From NCBI GenBank assembly GCA_964016885.1, contig OZ024743.1, positions 205,220,001-205,284,000 of the forward strand: DNA of 64,000 nucleotides, given 5' to 3'. The notes under the pieces were generated by a model that did not search any database, was not told where the DNA came from, and saw nothing but the letters and a program-made list of their open reading frames with translations. Position 1 is the stretch's first letter. Each line of letters starts with the position of its first letter. Position numbers and translations under genes: made by a program. Positions 53,854 through 64,000 of the stretch are shown one piece after another. Source of the DNA: Eledone cirrhosa (taxonomy: Eukaryota).

Positions 53854-55428
53854 ATGTTAAATGAAGCTAACGAAAATAGTGGTGGGGGGACAGCGGTAAG
53901 AGTTGTAAGCTCGCACGCTTTAGCCCCCCCCCCTTTCTTCCCAACTAACGTCATAGAGAAGGAAAGAAAAAATAAAATAAAAACAGACGAATCTGCGGAG
54001 AAAAATGTCGACGAAAACACAAATTTGGAGATTGATTCCCAAAACAAAAAAAATTTGAAAGAATTGCATGACAATATTAATACCACAAACAAAGAAATAA
54101 CAAACACAAAAATAACATTTGAAAACAACAACATCATAACAGAAAGCAAAACAGACGACAAAGTCAACACCAATAACATCTCATTTGCACAAACAACAAA
54201 AAAATCTTTAACGTACATACCTGAAAATATTTCAGATGTGGCACAAAGAATAAAAAACGCCAAACAATTCATAACTCAAGGGGAAAATGGAGCCTTGTCG
54301 GTAAAAATAGCCCAAGAACTCACCAAAGATATTGAAAGGCGGACGGTCGTTTTCCGCACCACCAACAACATCTCAAAAAAGCCACAACAACCAACACAAG
54401 CAGAAATTAAAGCGGTACTTAGAGAAGTACTTAATGAAGCCACTTTCATAAGAAGAGACAGGCTGTATGGAAGCCTAGCCATTATTATGAAGAACGAATC
54501 GGCGGCGAAAAAATATGCTTTGTCGCCGATTCGTTCGACAAATTTTACCTTTTATCCATCTTATATGGGTAAAAGAACTCAGCGCATATGGCTGGATGCG
54601 ATGATGCCAGATATGGACTACTGCTGGCTCATAGCTGGCTTCATCGATCCAGCGAATGACAACGTGATTTCCATTGGGAAAACCACAGGCAATGCGTTCA
54701 GTGGAACAGGAATAGAACTTGTAGTGCAAATGAAGCCTGAACGCATTGCCCAAATACCCGACAGAATCCTATTAGAGGGCCACGGGTATATAAACATTAG
54801 CGTGGAGGGGAGAAGGTCGTCCTGTCATATCTGTGCAGGCAGAGGGCACCTGAAGGCGGCTTGTCCCCAACTCAACAAGAAGAAAACCCTGCTACCAACA
54901 CCAGCTCCAACACCACCACAACAGATAAACAAACAACAAAACTCAGTCCCACCCAACCCGTCCCTCAGTAAAACTACACCACCACCACAGCACAAACAGA
55001 TACAACACATTACCCCAAAACAAAACACAGTCCCACCCAACCCCTCACTCAATAAAACAACACAACCACCGCAGCCACAACACACAACACAGTCTAACAT
55101 AGTGACATCCATCTCCTCCACAAAGAAAACTAACACGGAAACATTACCAGCAAACATACCTCTTCCCTCTAACACTGAAGATAACCCAACGAATTCGGAG
55201 GAAGAAACGGAGTCCTTCAGACAGATTAAAAGGAAAAAAAGAAAACATGTGCAAAACACACAAGGCCAAACAGCCCCTACCCAAATGTCAACACAATCCA
55301 ACAAAACACAAAACACCCCTCCAGCAACAAACAAAACTAAACCTGCCCTCCCCTCTTCGAAACACTCACACCATCCGAAAAAAAGACATTACACTATACT
55401 TACATCAACAGAAACAATAATAAATTAA
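53854..55428 (+). CDS. LINE ORF1 with CCHC zinc knuckle (probably frameshifted, continuing to 55766)
   Basis: CHICAGRGHLKAAC; P/T/Q-rich tail; an open alternative frame runs from about 55420 to 55766. Confidence 0.8.
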   Translation: MLNEANENSGGGTAVRVVSSHALAPPPFFPTNVIEKERKNKIKTDESAEKNVDENTNLEIDSQNKKNLKELHDNINTTNKEITNTKITFENNNIITESKTDDKVNTNNISFAQTTKKSLTYIPENISDVAQRIKNAKQFITQGENGALSVKIAQELTKDIERRTVVFRTTNNISKKPQQPTQAEIKAVLREVLNEATFIRRDRLYGSLAIIMKNESAAKKYALSPIRSTNFTFYPSYMGKRTQRIWLDAMMPDMDYCWLIAGFIDPANDNVISIGKTTGNAFSGTGIELVVQMKPERIAQIPDRILLEGHGYINISVEGRRSSCHICAGRGHLKAACPQLNKKKTLLPTPAPTPPQQINKQQNSVPPNPSLSKTTPPPQHKQIQHITPKQNTVPPNPSLNKTTQPPQPQHTTQSNIVTSISSTKKTNTETLPANIPLPSNTEDNPTNSEEETESFRQIKRKKRKHVQNTQGQTAPTQMSTQSNKTQNTPPATNKTKPALPSSKHSHHPKKRHYTILTSTETIIN

Positions 55429-55799
55429 ATGAACTCATAAACAATAACCCTTCGGTACAAACCGAAGGGGTAAACTTTGTTTCTTCAGAAAACTACCCAC
55501 ATTTAAAATTAATAAAGATCCCAATGAACCTCTACCAAAAACTAAAAAAGGATTTTAAGGAGGACGTAGGACCACCCTCTGTCAAACCCATAAACCGCGT
55601 CCTCCTAAAAAGCTTTCCCCCTCCCCTTCCCCTCCCCAACACAACTCCAAACACCCCAACCCCACCACACACTGACGACCCCACACCACCACAAGACACC
55701 CCTTCACCCAACACCCCCGACCCCATGGAAGTCGTGCGACCCGAACCCCGGGAAGCAGAAAGGTAGGTCTCTACACTCTCCTTTGGCTTTGCCGCCCAC

Positions 55800-58700
55800 A
55801 TGGATGTGTTAAGAGTAGGATGTTTGAATGCACGTGGCCTGGGCTCAACTTGGAATCAAGCAAAGCTTCTAAATGACCTCAGGTCACGTGGTATAAATGT
55901 AATGGTTATCTGTGAGACTCGGATCAGCGTCGTGCGGCAGCTGGCCCCTACCTTCGATGACTTTGAGGTGCACGCATCTCTCTGTCAACCTGGAGGTGGG
56001 GGTGGGGTTGTCGTACTGTTAGAAAAACACCTGGGTCACGCCGTACAGGTTGTTCACTCGGACCCGGAAGGTCGTTTGTTGGTGCTAGACGTTGGCAGTA
56101 GTGGAGGTGCGGCCTTGAGACTGGTCGCCGTCTACTCCCCTTTCGGAGCTGAACGACCCGACTTCTTCCAGCGTCTGGAGACTTTTCTGGGAACGTCGCG
56201 TTCCCTGCTTCTAGCGAGGGACTGGAATGACATCCTAAATGCACGTTGGGACTATGCAGGAGCATGTCCTAATAGAGGGGGGTGTAACAGCCTCAAGGGG
56301 TTACTCGACCGTTTTAACTTGGTCGATAGATATCGACTAGATTTTCCAACTGTGCCAACCTGGACTTGGACGAACCACAGTGGTCAATCTAGATCGTACT
56401 TAGATAGATTCTTAGTTAGAAGTAAGGATAGGGACATATTAAGCTGCCCAGAAATGCTCACGGTTGGCTATACAGATCACAAATTAGTGACCTGCGTAGT
56501 CAACCTCGAGAGAACACATAGACAGGGTCCCAGTTACTGGAAACTTAATTTGTCTTTACCGGCAAAAGAGGCTTACAGAGACCGAATTAGCAGATTAGTT
56601 AAGGAGAGGTTGACGGATGCAATCGTCAACAACCGATGGTGGGCATCTCTCAAAAGAGAGATTAGAATAGAATCAATAAGTTATAGCAAGATGTTAGCTG
56701 CCGATAGGAATAGGAACGAGAAAGAATTAACAGGTAAATTAGAAGAGGCAATCAAGAGCGAAGATGTGGCCAGAGTGCTGGCATCGAGGACGGCCTTGAG
56801 CCAGTTTTTCGATGCAAAGCACGAAGGCTGCGTCATTCGAAGTAAAATACGTGCTCTAGGTAATGAGGGGGCCAAAGCCGTTGGCTGGGCCCGCGTGACA
56901 GAAGCTAAGAGTGGAAATCGATCCACCATCCGGTCTTTGCAAGACGAGGATGGACGGGTGATCCGGGAGCCTAAGCAGATGTGCGAGGCCTTTCAAAGGC
57001 ACTTTGCCCGATTGTTCGGGGGATGCGAGGGTCCGGGCGGGGACGTGGATTTCGGTCCATACCTCGACGGCCTGCCGCGTCTCTCAAGCGAAGAGGCAGA
57101 GTCCTGCGAGGGACCAATCTCGGCTGATGAGATCGGGGATGCGCTGAGCCAATGCAGTAGACGCAAATCTCCAGGTCTCGATGGTATACCTTACGAACTT
57201 TATTTAGCAATGCCGGTCTTCTTCTCCGAACTCCTCGAAGCAGTCTACTGCAATTGGCAGCAGAACGGGAGAATTCCTTGTTCTGTAGCCAAGGGCGTAG
57301 TCTCGCTGGTGAGGAAGGACGAGAACAAGGGGGATAGTATAAATAATTTTCGGCCCATAACCCTGCTAAACACAGAGTTAAAGATTTTGGCCAAGGTGTT
57401 AGCAAAGAGGTTGGCGCTTGTCGTGGGTGGCCTGGTGGGAGATGCGCAGACATGTGCTATCCCATCCAGGTCTATTCACGACAACCTCCACCTTATGCGA
57501 TACATCATAGAGAGGGTTGGCAACAAACCCGGCTTCAGTGGGGCCCTGATCAACTTGGATCAGTCTAAGGCGTTCGATAGGGTCGACCATGGTTACTTGG
57601 ATGCGGTGCTAGCGGCGGCTGGGTTCGGTCCCGTTTTCAGAGGCTGGATCACTGCCTTACATAGCAACCACATCTGTTCTAGGATCAAGGTGAACGGCTA
57701 CCTTTCGAAGCCGTTCGAAATCACACGATCCATTCGACAGGGGTGCCCTCTCTCCTCCCTTCTGTACGTATTGACTCTCGAGCCTTTACTGAGGAAGTTG
57801 GAGTTGTTGCAGGGTATCCCGCTGGAACCAGGATTGAGCAAAGCGGTGTCGGCCTACGTCGATGACGTAACAGTAATGGTATCGACCGACTCGGAGATCG
57901 AGGCGATCGGTACCTTACTGGAGGAATACGAAAGGTTGTCAGGAGCGAAACTGAACCGGGAAAAATCCATCGGGCTGCAACTCGGAACGTGGAGAGGCAG
58001 ACTAATGCCTCCCGACGGTGTCGTCGGACACTGGACGGAGGGCCCGGTGAAGTTGCTTGGGGTCTGGTTTGGACCGGACCTCCAGGTGGAAAAGAACTGG
58101 GACGAGGTTACGAACAAGGTGTTTGCACTAACCCAGAAATGGGCCAAGTGTAAGCTGTCCCTGAAAGGTCGGGCGGAGGTGACGAACATTTACATAGCGT
58201 CCGTCACCTACTACCGCCTGACTGTCGTGCCTTGCCCTAAGGAAACACTCACCACCATGGAACGCATGCTCTTTCAATTTCTTTGGAAGAAGCGCCCTCC
58301 TATGGTGAGAAGATCCATCTGCTGCCAACAACCTTCGAAAGGAGGGCTGGGGATGCCGTGGTTGATGATGCGTAGGCACGCATTAAGGCTACGGCACCTA
58401 CAGGTATTCCTCACTGGTCAACCGGTGTGGGCTCCGTTCTTGAGACGAGCCTTTCCGAGACTCGTCTCGCTCACCGAGCTGCAGTCCTGGGTCAAGCAAA
58501 GATCCGGAAAACTGGGCGACTGGCACACTGAGTGTGCCCAGGCGCTCAGGGCTCTCTGGCAAGCGGACCCGGCCATCGGTGGAGAATCCATCTCATCATT
58601 CTATAGAGGGCTGGTGACTAGCAGGGGCGATGACACCCTTGGAGAGTCGCTGGACATGGAAGAGGACGAACTGGCCAGCCTGTTCGGTAGGACTTTCGGC

Positions 58701-58916
58701 GGCCCGGGACCAATGGACAATTCCAGAAGTCACTGGCCTGGCAGTGCTACGGGGGGGGGGGGGGCTCTACCCGTTCGGGAAAAGCTCTACAGACACTGGC
58801 GCCCGGGCAGGGATCCCTCGAAAAAGATTTGCCCTAGATGCGTGCGTCACGAAGAAACCGTTGCGCACGCATTGGTGCACTGTCCGGGCGTGGCTGATCT
58901 GTGGGGCTACGCTTAA
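55800..58916 (+). CDS. LINE ORF2: APE endonuclease + RT (C-terminus frameshifted, to about 59245)
   Basis: LNARGL, ICET, SYLDRFL, TDHK, YWKLN, KSPGLDG, FRPITLLN, DQSKAFDRV, IRQGCPLS, YVDD, CPRC..EETVAHALVHC. Confidence 0.92.
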   Translation: MDVLRVGCLNARGLGSTWNQAKLLNDLRSRGINVMVICETRISVVRQLAPTFDDFEVHASLCQPGGGGGVVVLLEKHLGHAVQVVHSDPEGRLLVLDVGSSGGAALRLVAVYSPFGAERPDFFQRLETFLGTSRSLLLARDWNDILNARWDYAGACPNRGGCNSLKGLLDRFNLVDRYRLDFPTVPTWTWTNHSGQSRSYLDRFLVRSKDRDILSCPEMLTVGYTDHKLVTCVVNLERTHRQGPSYWKLNLSLPAKEAYRDRISRLVKERLTDAIVNNRWWASLKREIRIESISYSKMLAADRNRNEKELTGKLEEAIKSEDVARVLASRTALSQFFDAKHEGCVIRSKIRALGNEGAKAVGWARVTEAKSGNRSTIRSLQDEDGRVIREPKQMCEAFQRHFARLFGGCEGPGGDVDFGPYLDGLPRLSSEEAESCEGPISADEIGDALSQCSRRKSPGLDGIPYELYLAMPVFFSELLEAVYCNWQQNGRIPCSVAKGVVSLVRKDENKGDSINNFRPITLLNTELKILAKVLAKRLALVVGGLVGDAQTCAIPSRSIHDNLHLMRYIIERVGNKPGFSGALINLDQSKAFDRVDHGYLDAVLAAAGFGPVFRGWITALHSNHICSRIKVNGYLSKPFEITRSIRQGCPLSSLLYVLTLEPLLRKLELLQGIPLEPGLSKAVSAYVDDVTVMVSTDSEIEAIGTLLEEYERLSGAKLNREKSIGLQLGTWRGRLMPPDGVVGHWTEGPVKLLGVWFGPDLQVEKNWDEVTNKVFALTQKWAKCKLSLKGRAEVTNIYIASVTYYRLTVVPCPKETLTTMERMLFQFLWKKRPPMVRRSICCQQPSKGGLGMPWLMMRRHALRLRHLQVFLTGQPVWAPFLRRAFPRLVSLTELQSWVKQRSGKLGDWHTECAQALRALWQADPAIGGESISSFYRGLVTSRGDDTLGESLDMEEDELASLFGRTFGGPGPMDNSRSHWPGSATGGGGALPVREKLYRHWRPGRDPSKKICPRCVRHEETVAHALVHCPGVADLWGYA

Positions 58917-59483
58917 CGATGCTGTCGCGGGTGGCGCCAATTCGATTGACCGCCGAGTCCGTGATGACAATCAAGCCGCCTCCCCTCTTCACAAAGGAAG
59001 CAAAGGCGGTTTTTCTGTGCGTAATAGCCATGTTGAAAGAGGTTGTTTGGTGGACACGATTGAAAGGTCTGAGGTCAGGCAACTTCCTCTCTGGCCATAG
59101 TCTGGTCTACTTCTTCCGATATCACTTGGGAAGAAGGATAAGAATGGAGAGAGAGGTGCTTGGCCACAGGCAGTTTTATGAAAGGTGGGTGATAGTGGCG
59201 AGAATGGCTCGTGTAAATGGGCCTTCTCTGTATACCATCCTGTAGGTAAAGAAGTGGAGAGAGGAGCACCTTCTCCATGTGCTCCCCGGGCAAAGGATTG
59301 CACACTTTTTCGGGGGGGGGGGGGGGTGCAACCCCCATCACGTCCCCTCCCTTTTGAGGTTGTTTTTGATTATTTTCATTTTATACCCTTTTTACTCGGT
59401 TTTATGTAAACTCCCCCTTTGTATTTGTCCCTTCTTTTTATACCTTTTATGGTAAATAAAGAAATATATATATATATATATAA

Positions 59484-60277
59484 ATAAAGTTAGTCCTTCA
59501 TCAGTGATCTTCCAACCATCATTGGTATTTCATCGCTTTAAAGACCATATACCTCCGGTTGGTGCGAGCAACGGCTAAAAAAATTCGTTGGGACACGTAA
59601 ATAAAGGGGACAAGAGTGTAAACAACAAAAATGGTGAGCAACGAAAAGTGAGGAAGAAGAAGTCAAGTCCCAAATTTCTATGAATTTAAATTCGGTGAAA
59701 TCGTGAACGAGAGAGAATAAAGACCATCAAACCTGGTTGGAATGTAAGCAAGGAAGGAATTCCGTACAGGTCTAACAGGAGGAAGAAGGGATCTAGTCTG
59801 TGATTTCGGTGAACGTGAGTTCTGTGAAATTGTAGACGAGAGAGAGAAAAAGAACGACCTGCTAGACCAAGAGTGCGAAAGAAAAGAATTACGCACAGGT
59901 CAAACAGGAACAAGGAGGAGGAGGAGGAGGGGTAGTAACAGAGAATGAGTGAGTGAAGGGTGAGGAAGAGGCTAACAGAGAGAATGACTGCTAGAGAGGG
60001 TAAAGATACAGAGAAAGAGGAAGCGGTAAGAACGAAATAGACGTGTAACAGCGGGGAAAAAAATATGTGTAAATATGAAAATAAACGTGCTGCGGCGTTG
60101 CTAATGGGTTACATATGAATAAAGTTAGTCCTTCATCAGTGATCTTCCAACCATCATTGGTATTTCATCGCTTTAAAGACCATATACCTCTGGTTGGGGC
60201 GAGCAACGGCTAAAAAAAGTCGTTGGGACACGTAAATAAAGGGGACAAGAGTGTATATATATATATAAGTTTAGTAC

Positions 60278-60311
<34 letters not shown>

Positions 60312-60319
60312 TTTAATAC

Positions 60320-60369
<50 letters not shown>

Positions 60370-60472
60370 GAGAAGAAAGAGGAATACTGCGTGGTTGCAC
60401 ATGGGTTACATATTATAAAATTAGTCCCTCGTCAGTGATTTGCCAACCATCATTGGTATTTCATAGCATTAA
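59484..60472. repeat. Direct repeats of about 135 bp (59484, 60118) and a diverged partial third copy (60385-60472)
   Basis: ataaagttagtccttcatcagtgatcttccaaccatcattgg... is repeated. Confidence 0.85.
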
Positions 60473-60488
60473 AATATATATATATATA

Positions 60489-60930
60489 TCGTTTCTGAAT
60501 TTGTTTAGCAAGATTCTTTATCTGAAAACGTGTGTTGAAACTGATATTGTAATGCTTTGGGAGGGTCATGTTGCCAATAAGAAACACACGCACTAGTTGC
60601 TTTCACTTCAATTTATTAGAAATTAAATTTATAAATTTAGGAATTTATAAATTTCCGGTTGGTTGGTTGGTTCCACAACCAGACGATTGTTCATATATTG
60701 TCAAAGTTCTTTTTGGAGAGGCACAAAAACAAAGAAAAGAATCCCCAGTCACCGAAGAGGTCACAGAATGTGTGACGAAAGAACTTTGACAATATATGAA
60801 CAATCGTCTGGTTGTGGAACCAACCAACCAACCAACCAACCGGAAATTTATAAATTTAATTTATAATAAATTGAAGTGAAAGCAGCTGGTGCGTGTGTTT
60901 CTTATTGGCAACATGACCCTCCCAAAGTGT

Positions 60931-60935
<5 letters not shown>
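60489..60935. mobile_element. Miniature fold-back derivative of the 26.7-kb PLE pLTR
   Basis: 60489-60712 matches 26723-26946. The right arm is inverted and carries HHR 60748-60790 with a mutated CCGAAGA core. Confidence 0.9.
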
Positions 60936-60989
<54 letters not shown>

Positions 60990-61101
60990 GCACTAAACTT
61001 AGCCTTTTTTCATTGTTCAACACACACGCGCACACACATATAATATTAATAGATTTAAAAGAGTCGAAGTCAATGTTGCAGCATATATATAAACTTTATT
61101 T

Positions 61102-61192
61102 ACATATTACTATTGTTTCGATATCAATCAGCTCAGGGTACAATCAAGGTGATGGGGGGTCCGATTCTTTTTCGACATTTCGTCAGATATGC
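61102..61192 (-). ncRNA. Type I HHR with long stem II
   Basis: gcatat CTGACGA aatgtcga...ttgatatc GAAA caatag TA atatgt; partial homologue at 24635-24750. Confidence 0.7.
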
Positions 61193-61358
61193 GCGCTTAC
61201 GGTGCGCCGCCTGTAACTGTTGTTACACCTAATAAACATATATAATATTAATAATAAGGAGTAGGAACGAAGTATCAATATAACCTCATTATGTTTATAA
61301 TGAGTATTGAATGCACAAACTAGTGAACTAATAGTAACTAAATGTTACACACTAATAA

Positions 61359-61425
<67 letters not shown>

Positions 61426-62044
61426 ATACGAGAAGTAAACGGAAAACACCAAAGGAAGCAACACAATATGACAGTAGGAAAAATATTAAGCAACTAATAT
61501 ATTTGATGTGGTTTAGATTGAAAATACATCTGGTACTGTTATATTTGGGGAGGGTCATGTTCTAATATTGCCAGAAAAATATAGTAAATTTGCTACTATA
61601 TTTATGAAATCTTGAAGGTACGCTTTAACAAAGAAACAATACTAGTTTACAATAGTAAATAGGTTTGAAAATAGACAGTCTCTCTCTCTCTCACATATAT
61701 ATATATATACACACACAGACACACAAACGCATACACTCCTACGCAGCACCAAATTTAGACGTAAGCTATAAATGCTGCTTAAGGTCTCACTGTCTGCTGA
61801 GGTCTCAAATATATTCAAAAGACATATGTATGTTTTCAATTTTTATGTGACCTTTATACAGCTTAGGACCTCAACTAGTTTAAATCTGGTACTGCATATG
61901 AGTGTGTGTATGGACAATAATACATAATTTAGTGATTTTGTAAATATAGATCGATCAAAAATATTAAGTAGGTTAATATCATCGAAATCTAATTTTGTCT
62001 TGTATTTATTTGTCAGTATGGTGAATGAAAGGATCCACTGAACT

Positions 62045-62315
62045 CAGAGCCGGATTTAATGAGGGAAGGGGTGGGGGCACCAGCGACAGCCGTAACAATT
62101 TATTTGTGCCCTCAGCTGTTTTTTTTAGTTTTAGGATGGTTAGAATTTTTGAATTAAATACCTGTATGTATAACATTTTCAATTCCAATTACTTGTGCCA
62201 AGCTAACTTTGATATGAAAAGTTGGGGGTTTGCTGTGTATTCTAATTTTTTTGTGTATGAGGGGCACCCCAAACATAAAGTGCCCCGGACTCCCCAAGGT
62301 CTAAATCGAACCCTG
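62045..62315. mobile_element. hAT-like non-autonomous transposon
   Basis: CAG/CTG termini; inverted homologue of 25565-25810. Confidence 0.7.
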
Positions 62316-62321
62316 CGTATG

Positions 62322-62840
62322 ATTTGGCAGAATCGGAAGAGTGCCACCCAAAATGCTTTGTGGTATTTAGTTAGGATATTCTAACGTTCTGAGTTCAAAT
62401 CTCGCCGAGGTTAGCTTTGTCTTTCATCCTTACCGGGGTGGGGGGTTCGATAAAATAAAATACTAGTAACGCACTACTTTCCCATCCCCCTAAAATGGTT
62501 GGCCTTGTGCCTAAATCAAAAACCATTAAACAACCCCGTGTGGTTAGAGTGTTCGGCTCACGACCGTAAGGTCATGAGTTCAATTCCCTGTGACGCGTTG
62601 TGTCCTTCAGCCATGATAAAACTGCATCAACTCCACCCTGTAATGTGGTAGTGCTGGTGCCATGATAAAATTGCATACAGAACACCCTGTAAAGTGGTTG
62701 GTGTTAGGAAGGTCATCCTGCCATAGAAACCTACCAAATATGGAATGTATGATTAAGACGTGGTTACTTGACTGGGCTAGCTTCAGAACATGACAACCCA
62801 GCCAGCCTATAGCAGTGTGGAGAGCAGATGATGATGATGC
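62322..62840 (+). mobile_element. SINE family 2 copy followed by a diverged family-1-like SINE
   Basis: B boxes at about 62391 and 62577; (GAT)n tail. Confidence 0.75.
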
Positions 62841-63004
62841 AATCGTATATGACTAGAGGGAGAGAAAAAAAAAAGAACAAAATAGGGGGAAGCCAAAACA
62901 AAAAACAAAAACAACCATCAATTCGCCACTAAGTGCGACAATCGGCCACATATCACACCACAAGAGTCAACAGAATATTTTGACGCAAGCCAACAAACTA
63001 GCAA

Positions 63005-63305
63005 CGTGATGGTGAGGCTAAGATCCTGAAACAACCAGGCACCCTTATGGGCATCACCTGACATCACAGTAAGGCTGGGTGATGGCGAGGCTAAGACACT
63101 GAAACAACAAGGTACCCTCACGAACATCACCTGACATCACAGTAAGGCCAGGTGATGGCGAAGCTAAGGCGCCGAAAGAATCAGGCACCCTCACGGGGAT
63201 CATCTGACACCTCAGTAAGGCTAGGTGATGGATGGCGAGGCTAAGGTGCTGAAACAACCAAACACCCTCGCAGGCATCTCCTGACACCTCAGTAAGGCAA
63301 GCTGC
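63005..63305. repeat. 73-bp tandem repeat, 4 copies
   Basis: Units start gtgatgg at 63006, 63079, 63152 and 63225. Confidence 0.9.
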
Positions 63306-63366
63306 CAATTTTCATGTCCGAAACTACAAATATTATATAAATGATATTATGAAAACATTTATAGTC

Positions 63367-63940
63367 CTTTCCTATACAGCCAGATCTGTCCTTCTTTACC
63401 CTTCCCCGCTTCATTACTTAATTTTGTTTTTATCTTTTTTTAAAATATTTCCATCGTTGTATAACTTCTGTTTGTAAAATATAGTTGACATAATTTAAAA
63501 ATAAAATTTCGAATGTGGATGAGACGTGGCCGAATTGTTAAGGCGCTCGCTTCGCAATCATTAGATTCCTAGTTCGATCTCACTACGTAACATTTGGGTG
63601 TCATTCCCTAAGCCCCGTGTTGACCTACGTATATACCTGGTGAGTGACGGAGCATTTTCTTAGAAACCTGTCGGACTGTCCGTGTAATTCAAAGAGGCCA
63701 GCCTTATGTCAAAGTGAATCTCCCTGAGACTACGACAATGGTACACATGTTTATGAAATCCTTACCTATTTATACGTGATTTGTTTCGTTGGACCTTACA
63801 TCTAACCAGTACAGATTTTCTTTTTTATTTGTAGTGGTCAGCATTATTTTTATTTATTTAAGTTTTCATAATTAATTATATAAATAATGAAAAAGAAGGG
63901 GGGAGGGGTAAAGAAGGGCAGATCTGGCTGTATAGGAAAG
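63367..63940. mobile_element. MITE-like element with ~40-bp inverted termini, enclosing a tRNA-like SINE (63523-63790)
   Basis: ctttcctatacagccagatctg.ccttctttaccc is inverted at both ends. Confidence 0.65.
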
Positions 63941-64000
63941 TAAAGGAAAGGAATTTAAATACCACAAATGAGAAGAAAAAGAAGGAAAAAGTGAGGGGTA

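Larger units (their letters stand above)
53655..59463 (+). mobile_element. Near full-length Tx1/L1-clade non-LTR retrotransposon in (TA)n
   Basis: 5' UTR, ORF1, ORF2, 3' UTR with AATAAA; (TA)n on both flanks. Confidence 0.92.

Noticed and set aside
53670-59409. Antisense and overlapping ORFs in the Tx1 element
   Set aside because: Shadow frames of ORF1/ORF2 with no recognisable motifs.
59490-59550. Type II HHR on the minus strand
   Set aside because: GAAA and CTGATGA are present, but stems I and III cannot be formed in register.

Overview
AT-rich animal genomic DNA, almost entirely repeats. The SINE/RTE families and (TA)n/(CAT)n tracts suggest a cephalopod (Octopus-like) genome; this is an inference. 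No host gene can be called with confidence. The window holds a near full-length Tx1/L1 LINE in (TA)n (53.7-59.5 kb), many RTE-clade LINE fragments carrying a PHD-like finger, and two Penelope-like elements (PLEs): a Naiad-type at 17.9-20.7 kb and a second type at 26.7-28.6 kb. It also holds two tRNA-derived SINE families, non-autonomous Helitrons, hAT- and piggyBac-like MITEs, a Merlin/ISXO2 transposase relic inside long inverted repeats, and a 45-bp minisatellite built from a SINE head. The main signal not shown by the ORF track is a dense population of short non-coding fold-back elements sitting in (TA)n tracts. By eye I find about 20 complete or near-complete type I hammerhead ribozyme (HHR) motifs plus several half-motifs, from roughly ten sequence-unrelated families. 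They show recurrent core variants (U3-A8, A4, U.U at the base of stem II, an extra purine after A9), and many carry a one-sided tail with a YYGAGTRC motif. Two families are physically linked to the PLE ORFs, so the set most likely represents PLE pseudo-LTR (pLTR) derivatives. All structures were read manually; none was computed or tested.
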